NCBI GenBank assembly: GCA_900759005.1
Contig: CAAEUQ010000029.1
Location: forward strand, 1-58,451
Length of the DNA: 58,451 nt
Direction of reading: 5' to 3'
Source of the DNA: Clostridia bacterium
GTDB lineage: Bacteria > Bacillota > Clostridia > Christensenellales > Aristaeellaceae
Part shown: piece by piece, positions 45,203 through 54,000 of the stretch
Layout: each line of letters starts with the position of its first letter
Position numbering within the stretch: the first letter of the stretch is position 1
Notes under the pieces: model-generated
The model's database searches: none
What the model saw: the letters and a program-made list of their open reading frames with translations, nothing else
Told to the model about the DNA's origin: nothing
Program-made: the position numbers and the translations under genes

Positions 45203-45976
45203 TCAGTCCGGAATATCGCCTACGCCGTTCAGCACCAGCCTCGGGCGATAGGGGAATTTGCGAATGTCCTCGCGCCGCGTTACGCCCGAGAGCACCAGCG
45301 CGGTATCCAAACCCGTTTCAATGCCGGCGACAATGTCCGTATCCATTCGGTCGCCGATCATCGCCGCTTCCTCGGAATGGACGTTCAGGATTCGCAATCC
45401 CGTTCGCATCATCAGGGGATTGGGTTTCCCGACGAAATAGGCGCTCGTGCCCGTTGCCATTTCAATCGGCGCGATCATCGCGCGGCAGGCGGGAATGATG
45501 CCGTCCTCGGAAGGGCCGGTCAGGTCGCTGTTCGTTCCGATCAGGCGCGCACCGTTGGAAACGAGCCGCACCGCCTTCAGAATACTTTCATAGGTATACG
45601 CCGTGCCCTCGCCGACGATTACGTAATCGGGATCCACGTCGTTCATCGTGACGCCCTCGTCGTGCAGCGCCATGATCAATCCCGCGCCGCCGATCACATA
45701 CGCGCTGCATCCCGGCGACTGGGTTGCCACGAACCGCGCCGTCGCCAGCGCGCTGGTATAGAAATGCTTTTCGTCCACGTCCAGTCCCATGCGGCCGAGC
45801 TTTTGCTGAAGCTCTTTCGGCGAGCGCTCCGATGCGTTGGTCAGGAACAGGAAATTCTTGTTTTCGCGATACAGCCAGCTCACGAATTCCTTCACGCCCG
45901 GCAGAAGACGGTTGCCGTGGTAAATCACGCCGTCCATATCGCAGATGAAACCCTTCTTGCTTCTCAGTGTATTCAT
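45203..45976 (-). CDS. HAD-IIA family sugar phosphatase (NagD-like)
   Basis: DMDGVIYHG motif I, LTNAS motif II, GDRMDTDI motif IV. Length is 257 aa. Confidence 0.85.
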   Translation of the reverse strand: MNTLRSKKGFICDMDGVIYHGNRLLPGVKEFVSWLYRENKNFLFLTNASERSPKELQQKLGRMGLDVDEKHFYTSALATARFVATQSPGCSAYVIGGAGLIMALHDEGVTMNDVDPDYVIVGEGTAYTYESILKAVRLVSNGARLIGTNSDLTGPSEDGIIPACRAMIAPIEMATGTSAYFVGKPNPLMMRTGLRILNVHSEEAAMIGDRMDTDIVAGIETGLDTALVLSGVTRREDIRKFPYRPRLVLNGVGDIPD

Positions 45977-46075
45977 TCTGATTTCTCCTTTTTCTCTCTT
46001 GCTCTCTCACGATTAGAATAGCACGCTTTGCCCGTTTGCGCACGTTTTTCCTATGTTATTTTTTGTTTTTCCGGC

Positions 46076-46104
46076 TTGACATATACCCCGCGTGGGTATA
46101 TAAT
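46076..46104 (+). promoter_or_regulatory. Consensus sigma-70 promoter of csoR-copA
   Basis: TTGACA (46076-46081), a 17-nt spacer, then TATAAT (46099-46104). Confidence 0.75.
46083..46099. promoter_or_regulatory. CsoR operator-like palindrome 1 (inside the promoter spacer)
   Basis: ATACCCCGCGTGGGTAT is a GC-centred inverted repeat of the ATACCC-n-GGGTAT type known for CsoR. Confidence 0.65.
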
Positions 46105-46108
46105 CATC

Positions 46109-46125
46109 ATACCCGCCGGGGGTAT
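46109..46125. promoter_or_regulatory. CsoR operator-like palindrome 2 (downstream of the -10)
   Basis: ATACCCGCCGGGGGTAT, 26 bp centre to centre from box 1. Confidence 0.6.
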
Positions 46126-46145
46126 TAAGAATGTGAGGACGCGTC

Positions 46146-46454
46146 ATGGAAGAGAATAAAAAGTGCTGCTGCGGGCAGAAAAAGAAAGAGCGCTCGCCGG
46201 AGGAATTCAAAAAGCTGATTCATCGTCTGAATCGAATCGAGGGGCAGATTCGCGGCATTCGCAATATGCTGGAAAACGACGCCTACTGTCCGGACATACT
46301 GATTCAGTCGGCGGCGGTGAACGCGGCGGTGAACGCATTCAACAAGGAGCTGCTCGCGAGCCATATTCGCTCCTGCGTCGCAAACGACATCCGCGCCGGT
46401 CACGACGAGGTGATCGACGAGCTGGTTTCGACGATGCAGAAGCTGATGAAATAG
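46146..46454 (+). CDS. csoR: Copper-sensing transcriptional repressor CsoR
   Basis: RLNRIEGQIRGIRNML..YCPDILIQ...H...C pattern of the CsoR/RcnR family. Length is 102 aa. Confidence 0.88.
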   Translation: MEENKKCCCGQKKKERSPEEFKKLIHRLNRIEGQIRGIRNMLENDAYCPDILIQSAAVNAAVNAFNKELLASHIRSCVANDIRAGHDEVIDELVSTMQKLMK

Positions 46455-46472
46455 CCGAAACGGGGGGATAAG

Positions 46473-48995
46473 ATGAAGCAATACAACGTCACCGGCATGA
46501 GCTGCGCGGCGTGCAGCGCGCGCGTGGAAAAGGCGGTGCGAAAGGTTCCGGGCGTTACGGAATGCTCGGTAAGCCTTCTGACGAATTCGATGGGCGTGGA
46601 CGGCGACGCTTCGCCCGAAGCGATCATTGCCGCAGTTCAGGAAGCGGGCTACGGCGCAAGCGTCAAGGGCGAAAAGGCGCAGATTTCGCAGAGCGAAGCC
46701 GAAAAGTCGCTCGAGGATCACGAAACGCCGCTGCTGAAAAAGCGGCTGATCTGGTCGCTGGGCTTTCTGCTGGTGCTCATGTATTTTTCGATGGGGCACA
46801 TGATGTGGGGCTGGCCGCTGCCGAAATTCTATGAGGGCAATCACGTTGCGATGGGGCTTACGCAAATGCTTTTGACAATCGCCGTGATGGTGATCAACCA
46901 GAAATTCTTCGTAAGCGGTTTCAAGGGTCTGCTTCACCGCGCGCCGAACATGGATACGCTCGTATCCCTCGGCGCAACTGCCGCGTTCGTTTACAGCACG
47001 TACGCGCTGTTCCAGATGACCGGCGCGCAGGTGCGCGGCGATGCGGAAGCCGTCATGAATTATATGATGGATTTCTATTTCGAATCCGCCGCAATGATCC
47101 TGACGCTGATTACCGTTGGCAAAATGCTCGAAGCTCGCTCGAAGGGCCGCACGACCGACGCGCTGAAGGGGCTGATGAAGCTCGCGCCGCGCACGGCGAC
47201 GGTGGTTCGAAGCGGGCAGGAAACGGTCGTTCCGGTTGAGCAGGTGCGCGCGGGCGATTGCTTCGTCGTTCGCCCCGGCGAGAGTATTCCAGTAGACGGC
47301 GTTGTGCTCGAGGGCGAAAGCGCGGTCAACGAATCAGCGCTGACCGGCGAGAGCATTCCCGTGGACAAAGCCGAAGGCGATTCCGTTTCGGCTGCGACGG
47401 TGAATCAGTCCGGATTCCTCAAATGCCAGGCGACGCGCGTCGGCGAGGACACCACGCTTTCGCAGATCATTCAGATGGTCAGCGACGCGGCTGCGACCAA
47501 GGCGCCGATCGCCAAAATCGCGGACAAGGTTTCCGGCGTATTCGTTCCGGTTGTGATTGCGATTGCGACGGTGGCATTCATCGTCTGGCTCGCACTGGGC
47601 AAAAGCGTCGGCTATGCGCTGGCGCGCGGCATTTCCGTGCTGGTAATCAGCTGCCCGTGCGCGCTGGGTCTGGCGACGCCGGTCGCGATCATGGTCGGCT
47701 CCGGTCTGGGCGCGAAGAACGGCATCCTGTTCAAAACCGCCGCGTCGCTTGAGGAAACCGGACGAATCAAAATCGTCGCGCTTGACAAAACCGGCACGAT
47801 CACTGAAGGCAATCCGAAGGTTACCGACATTCTCCCCGCTTCGGGGCTCACAGAAACGGAGCTGCTGCAATCGGCGATCAGCCTTGAATCCCGAAGCGAG
47901 CACCCGCTCGCCCGCGCAATTCTCGCCCGCGCCGAATCGGACGGGCTAAATCCCGAATCGGTCGACGATTTTCAGGCGCTGCCGGGCAACGGTCTTACCG
48001 CAACGCTGAACGGCGAAGCGCTCTACGGCGGCAATCTCGCGTTTATCGAAACGCGCGCAAATGTATCCGATTCAATGAAGAAAGCCGCCGAATCGCTCGC
48101 CGAATCCGGCAAAACGCCGCTGTACTTTGCCAAGGGCAATCGTCTGCTCGGCGTGATCGCCGTCGCGGACGTAATTAAGGAGGACAGCCCGCAGGCAATC
48201 CGCGAGCTGCGCGAAATGGGCATTGAAGTGGTCATGCTCACCGGCGATAACGAGCGCACTGCGCGCGCAATCGGCGCGCAGGCGGGCGTGGACCGCGTGA
48301 TTGCGGGCGTGCTGCCGGACGGCAAGGCAAATGTGATTCGGGAATTGCAATCCCGCGGCAAGGTCGCGATGGTCGGCGATGGCATCAATGACGCACCGGC
48401 ACTCACGCGCGCGGACGTCGGCATCGCAATCGGCGCGGGCACGGACGTGGCGATCGACGCGGCGGACGTAGTTCTAATGAAGAGCCGCCTGACCGACGTA
48501 TCCGCCGCGATTCGCCTGAGCCGCGCGACGCTGAAAAACATTCACGAAAACCTGTTCTGGGCATTTTTCTACAATACGATTGGCATTCCGCTCGCAGCGG
48601 GCGCGCTGATTCCGCTGGGACTGACGCTCAACCCAATGTACGGCGCGGCGGCGATGAGCCTTTCGAGCTTCTGCGTGGTATCCAACGCCCTGCGGCTGAA
48701 TCTGTTCAAGCTGCACGGCGCGGGTCACGATAAATCCGAACCGATTCAAAAGGAGGAAGAAACCATGTTTGGACTTGGACATTCCATCACGAAAACCATG
48801 ACGATCACCGGCATGATGTGCGGTCATTGCGAAGCAACCGTGAAAACCGCGCTGGAAGCGATCGAAGGCGTAAAACACGCGGAGGTCGATCACAACACGA
48901 ACTCCGCCGTCGTTACGCTGAAGACCGAAATCGAGGATAGCGTTATCAAAAAGGCAGTCGAGGATAAGGGCTATACCGTTACCGAAATCAAGTAA
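46473..48995 (+). CDS. copA: Copper-translocating P1B-type ATPase CopA, fused in frame to a C-terminal CopZ-like HMA domain
   Basis: N-terminal HMA ([12 protein letters not shown]), CPC (SCPCALGL), [14 protein letters not shown] second HMA ([11 protein letters not shown]) occupies the last 76 aa, after the usual CopA end ([10 protein letters not shown]). Confidence 0.92.
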   Translation: MKQYNVTGMSCAACSARVEKAVRKVPGVTECSVSLLTNSMGVDGDASPEAIIAAVQEAGYGASVKGEKAQISQSEAEKSLEDHETPLLKKRLIWSLGFLLVLMYFSMGHMMWGWPLPKFYEGNHVAMGLTQMLLTIAVMVINQKFFVSGFKGLLHRAPNMDTLVSLGATAAFVYSTYALFQMTGAQVRGDAEAVMNYMMDFYFESAAMILTLITVGKMLEARSKGRTTDALKGLMKLAPRTATVVRSGQETVVPVEQVRAGDCFVVRPGESIPVDGVVLEGESAVNESALTGESIPVDKAEGDSVSAATVNQSGFLKCQATRVGEDTTLSQIIQMVSDAAATKAPIAKIADKVSGVFVPVVIAIATVAFIVWLALGKSVGYALARGISVLVISCPCALGLATPVAIMVGSGLGAKNGILFKTAASLEETGRIKIVALDKTGTITEGNPKVTDILPASGLTETELLQSAISLESRSEHPLARAILARAESDGLNPESVDDFQALPGNGLTATLNGEALYGGNLAFIETRANVSDSMKKAAESLAESGKTPLYFAKGNRLLGVIAVADVIKEDSPQAIRELREMGIEVVMLTGDNERTARAIGAQAGVDRVIAGVLPDGKANVIRELQSRGKVAMVGDGINDAPALTRADVGIAIGAGTDVAIDAADVVLMKSRLTDVSAAIRLSRATLKNIHENLFWAFFYNTIGIPLAAGALIPLGLTLNPMYGAAAMSLSSFCVVSNALRLNLFKLHGAGHDKSEPIQKEEETMFGLGHSITKTMTITGMMCGHCEATVKTALEAIEGVKHAEVDHNTNSAVVTLKTEIEDSVIKKAVEDKGYTVTEIK

Positions 48996-49006
48996 TTGAA
49001 ACGATT

Positions 49007-49042
49007 CCCGCCGAATGATGTGTTCGGCGGGAGTTTTCTTTT
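49007..49042 (+). terminator. Intrinsic terminator of copA
   Basis: CCCGCCGAA (49007-49015) / TTCGGCGGG (49023-49031) with a 7-nt loop, then AGTTTTCTTTT. Confidence 0.8.
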
Positions 49043-49051
49043 GGCAACTAA

Positions 49052-49225
49052 GCGCATTGCGCCGTTGTCCGGTGCAATGCGCGTCAAATTGGGTACCAGA
49101 TTCTGCTCCGCACTAACCAAGATTTTGAATCGCTTCCCGATTCAAAATCGTCGCGATCAAGCGCGGCAGCAAATGTCTGCGGGCACTGCCCGCCGCGGCA
49201 GCGAGCGCATCGAGGCTCAGCCTCG
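49052..49225 (+). repeat. Family-A mosaic hairpin repeat, copy A-5
   Basis: Hairpin GCGCATTGC/..13 nt../GCAATGCGC at 49052-49082. Spacer GCGTCAAATTGGGTACC. Hairpin TTTTGAATCG/CTTCC/CGATTCAAAA at 49123-49147. X-box at 49155-49195. Terminal palindrome CGAGGCTCAGCCTCG at 49211-49225, which contains the stop codon of the minus-strand SBP gene. Confidence 0.85.
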
Positions 49226-51001
49226 GGTGGCGTAAAGGATCGCGGACGCCCAGCTGTAGTGGGTCTTCGGCTTGTAGTCCTCAATCGCGGTCGAGAACAG
49301 ATCGCTGTATTCGTTCGAGTAGAGAGGAACCATCGGCAGATCGTCTACCCACTTTTCCTGGAACGCCAGCCACTTTTCGGCATAGCTGTCCAGATAGCCG
49401 TTCTTCGTCGCATTCATGTCGTTCGCCAGCGCTTCGAGCTCCGGATCTGCAATCGCCGTCGTGTTCCAAACGCCCTGCATCTCGGGCGCAAGCGCAACCG
49501 CCGGATACGCGTTGAACGTAAGCCCAAAGTTGCTCGCAAGGAAGAACATATCGTATTCCGAGCGATCCTCCTGGCGATAGTAATACTTGCTCAGCTCTTC
49601 ATAGGTCATCTTCGTGACGTTCAGACCAATGCCCGCCTTCGCGAAATTCTCCGTCAGCATCGCTTCCAGCGCGTCCGCAACCTCGCTCACTTCGGGGCGC
49701 ACCCAGTTGATCACCAGCTCTGTGCCGTCCTTCGTGCGCACCTGCGCGCCGTCTTCCAGCAGCCAGCCGTCTTCCTCGAGCAGAGCAATCGCCGCATCCA
49801 CATCATACGGATACAGATTCAGCTTCTTTTCGAGCTTGTCCTTGCCGATCTGCTTGATCATCCACTGACCGTTTCCATAATAGCCGTAAACCGGCTCGCC
49901 ATAACCGCCGAGGTATTCCTCGCACAGCGCGTCCACGTCCACCAGACGATCAATCGCCTTGCGCACCTTCGCCGAGGAAACCGGCTCGTTCTCGCACGCA
50001 AACGCAAGGAACGCAAGGCCGTCGCGCGCATAGCTGCGGGACTTGACGCCCTTTTCGTCCTTCGCCGCGTCGATCACATCCGCGGAAGAAACCTTGTTCA
50101 CCAGATCGACCGTGCCGTTCTTCAACTCGTCCAAAAGCGTCTCGTTGAAGACCTGCTTGAAGGTGATCCTGTCGATACGCGGCTTCTGGCGCTCGTAATT
50201 GCCGCGATAGTATTCGTTCTTTTCGAATACCGCTACATTGTCTTCATAGGAAACCAGCTTGTATGCGCCGCAGGTTACGGAAGGATGGCTGCAATAGCCG
50301 GTTTCCGGATCCAGCAGCGTCGTATGCAGCAGCTCTGTCGTGAACTGACCGTCCGTGTTCTCCGCGGGCGCGATGTACGCGCCTTCGCCGTCATCGCGGA
50401 TTTCGCAGTCCGGCGCGATTACGAACATCGGGCTGGGCGTTACGCGCACCAGCATCAGCTCATGGAAGCTCGGCAGGTATTCCGCCTTGATCGCGAGGGA
50501 GAACGTCGTATCGTCAATCAGATGCACGCCCGCGAACATATCCGTCGTGCCGGCAAGGTATTCGTCCTGACCGACGATGTGCGCATAGTCCGTCGGGTTC
50601 GCGCCGAGGGCGGCGAATTCAGGGCTGGAAAGAAGCAGCACCGTGAATACGTAGTCCGCCGCGGTAATCGGCGTGCCGTCCGACCACTTCATGCGGCTGG
50701 AGATATAGAAGGTATAAACCATGTTGCCGTCTTCATCCTCGTTCGGATACGCGCGGCCGACGGTTTCGTCGATTCCATAATGGCCGTTGGTAAACATCGC
50801 GACGGTGGAATAGCCGTGAATCAGTTCACGCACATCCATATCCGCCGAGTTGTTGCCCCAGCAGTCGGTAAAGAAATTGCCGCTCATCTGCGTCAGCGAG
50901 CCGACGGTGATTTCCTTCTGCTGCTTTTCGGCATAGCCGACGCTTGCCAGCAGAATCAGCGCAAGTAACGTGCAGGCAAACCTGCGAATCAGCTTCGTCA
51001 T
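49217..51001 (-). CDS. ABC transporter substrate-binding protein, family 5 (peptide/nickel/oligosaccharide type), orphan
   Basis: Signal peptide MTKLIRRFACTLLALILLASVGYAE, about 590 aa, family-5 SBP architecture. No permease or ATPase genes are adjacent. Confidence 0.75.
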   Translation of the reverse strand: MTKLIRRFACTLLALILLASVGYAEKQQKEITVGSLTQMSGNFFTDCWGNNSADMDVRELIHGYSTVAMFTNGHYGIDETVGRAYPNEDEDGNMVYTFYISSRMKWSDGTPITAADYVFTVLLLSSPEFAALGANPTDYAHIVGQDEYLAGTTDMFAGVHLIDDTTFSLAIKAEYLPSFHELMLVRVTPSPMFVIAPDCEIRDDGEGAYIAPAENTDGQFTTELLHTTLLDPETGYCSHPSVTCGAYKLVSYEDNVAVFEKNEYYRGNYERQKPRIDRITFKQVFNETLLDELKNGTVDLVNKVSSADVIDAAKDEKGVKSRSYARDGLAFLAFACENEPVSSAKVRKAIDRLVDVDALCEEYLGGYGEPVYGYYGNGQWMIKQIGKDKLEKKLNLYPYDVDAAIALLEEDGWLLEDGAQVRTKDGTELVINWVRPEVSEVADALEAMLTENFAKAGIGLNVTKMTYEELSKYYYRQEDRSEYDMFFLASNFGLTFNAYPAVALAPEMQGVWNTTAIADPELEALANDMNATKNGYLDSYAEKWLAFQEKWVDDLPMVPLYSNEYSDLFSTAIEDYKPKTHYSWASAILYATRG

Positions 51002-51079
51002 CGTGTAACCACCTTTCTGACTGTGCCGCGCGCGCATTTTCCGCGCGCGCGGCGGTCCAATACCGTAAGGATTCCCGCG

Positions 51080-54000
51080 TTATTCGATGCAGTCGCCAAC
51101 ATTGTGCGCGCCGAGATAGCCGGTGAGCGGAATGTGGACATAGTACACGCGAATGACGTTCTCCTCCTCGTTAAGACCGAGGGTCAACGGGAAGTTATCC
51201 ACGTGATCGAACATCATATCCCGGGGCTTATCGATATACTGGGTGATCTCGGTCAGCACCTCGCCGGTGCCTTCCTCGGTCAGCCCGCCGAACAGAACGC
51301 CGTCGTAGTAATACTGCACTCTGTATTTCACGATTACAGTATTGACAGTCAGCGTGCCGGGCGCATATTCGACGCGGTAGTCGCCGGTCGAATCCGAGCC
51401 GTTTTCGTGGGTGATCCGGAGCGTTTCGGGCAGGAAGTTCGCCGTCAGCGTGCCGGGCTTCAGGATGCGGTTGTCTTTCATCTCAAGCGCGGTGATCGTG
51501 TCGGTATCCGCAAGACCATCGGCGGTGTAGCCAACCTCATGCCACTGAGCGTCGTAATCGCCCTCGTAGGAGCCGGCGGTGATGACCAGCATACGCTGCT
51601 CAATCGTCAGTCTGCCTTCCTTTCCAATCACGAATTCGACGTTCGTAAAGTTCTCCGAGATGTTCTTGAAATCTTCCGCCTTCAGATTCATTGGATATTC
51701 GCCCGCATGAATCCCCTCAACCAGCGCGCTGCCGCCGAATTCATAGCAGCTTTCGGTATACAGTGGATTGCTGCTCGCCGCGTCGTAGCCGGAAGCGGTA
51801 TGCGCCGCGCCGTCGTAGGTTTCCGTCTTCGTTTTGCCCACGATCGTTACAGTCACCTTGTCGGTCACGGGCGTGACTTCAAGCTTGCCGAACTCCGTTT
51901 CGATTTCGTAGTTCTTCGCCTTCGTGCCTTCATTCAGCGTATAGGTGAAGGTATTTTCGCTCTTGTCGACATTCAGCTGGCTGCCGGTCACGTCATAGGT
52001 CGCGCCTTCGCCGGTCGCGAAGCCGTCGTCGGTTACGTTCACGGTACTATTGGTCAGCGGCGTGCCGTCATAGACCTTCTTGTCGCTCGCCGACGTCAGC
52101 GTCACCTTGCGCGGGTTGATCGTCAGTCCGCCGTCGGTAACGATGAATTCAACGTTTTCGAAATTCTTCGAGACGTTTGCAAAATCGCTCGCCTTCAGGC
52201 CCATGTCGTAATGATCCGCGTCCGTTCCCGAGACGCTCGCCTTGCCGGTAAACTCGAAATCGCTTGCCTTATAAAGCGGGTTCGAGATGCTCATTACCTG
52301 ATAGCCCTCAGCGGTCTTTTCAATGCCGTCGTAGGTTTCCGTCCTCGTGTTGCCCACGATCGTTACAGTCACCTTGTCGACCACGGGATTGATCGTCAGC
52401 GTATTCGGAACGTAGGTGATGACGTAATTCTTCGTCACATCGTTGTCGTCCGCGTCCACGATCTTCGCGTCGTGCGGAACGAGCAGACCGTCGTACTTGC
52501 CCACGTCGATCTTGCTGCCGTCAATCGTCACGGTTTCCACTCTATGACCCTCCGCCAGACGCTCGGTGGTGTAGCCGTTCTCGCCGTGCGCTTCGCCGTC
52601 ATAGGTCACGGTATTGTCGTTCGCGATGACCTTGACCTTCGCTTCGCCCGCGCCGCGCTTCGTGATTTCCAGCGTGCCCGGAACGTAGGCGATCGCATAG
52701 TTCCTGGTTACGTCGTTGCCGTCCGCATCCACGATCTTCGCGTCGTGCGGAACGAGCAGGCCATCGTACTTGCCCGCGTCGATCTTGCTGCCGTCGATCG
52801 TTACGGATTCAATCGTCTGATTCTTTACCGTCGCGGTCGCATCGTAGCCGATTTCGCCATGCGCCTTGCCGTCGTATTCGACGGTGTTGTCCTTCGCGGT
52901 AATCGTGATCGCCGCCGGCAGAATCTCCAGCCAGCCGTTCGTTACCTCGAAGGTCACGTTCTCGAAGTTGCCGTTCAGGTTATGGAAGTCTTCCGCCGCA
53001 AGGCCCATCATGTATTTGCCAGCGTCCGTTTCCGTCGCGACATCCTTGCCCGCCTTGTATTCGAAATCGCTTTCCTTATACAGCGAGTTCGAGATGCTCG
53101 CCACCTGATAGCCGGTCACAGTCTTCTCGGTGCCGTTATAGGTTTCGGTCTTCGTATTGCCGGCGATCTTTACGACGACCTCTGCCGTCACGGGCGTGAC
53201 TTCAAGCTTGCCCTCTTTCACTTCGATTGTGTAGTTGTCCGCATCGAATTTCTCGCCCTTGACATATTCGATTGCGTTATCGATCTTGCCGACGTTCGTG
53301 ATCGAGCCGGTCGCCGTCACGCTCGTTACTTCGCCTTCGACGAAGCCGTCGCCGCTCACGGTAACGTTCGGGCGGGTCAGCGCCTTGCCGTCGTAGACCT
53401 TAGTCGCACCATCAGAGGTGAGAACGACCTCGCGCTGCTTAATCGTCAGCGTGCCATTATTGGCGGCGACGACGATATACTTCTTCGTCGCGTCGATCTT
53501 GCCGACGGTGCCGTTTGCGAAATTCGCCGGATAGGTATTCGCTTTCGTACCGTTCGCGTCGACCTTGATCGCGGAGAAGTCCGCCTTATACGCCGAAAGC
53601 TCGCCGCTGATCGCAAATCCCTCGACGGAATGCGCGCTGCCGTCGTAAAGCGTGGTTGCACTGTTCGCGTTCAGGGTGACGTTCTTATAATAGTAGAAAA
53701 CGATCTTGTTTTCACCAACGCCGATGGTAATCGACTGGTTCGCGGTGCTCACGGGGGTATAGCCCTCGATGGCCGCGGGCTTCTCGGTCGCTTTCGCGTT
53801 GAACGTCTGGTTCGGCACGGTCTTGCTGTCGACAACCGCGTACTCCGTCCCGTTCAGGTAGTAGTACACGGTGTAGCTGAGGTCCGTGCGCTTGGAATAG
53901 GTAACGGTTTTCGTGACGTTCTTTTCGGGCATCGTGCCGGAGACTTTCGATTTGTCCGCGACATAGCCTGGGATCGTGGGGGAAGCCACGGAGTAGTCTT

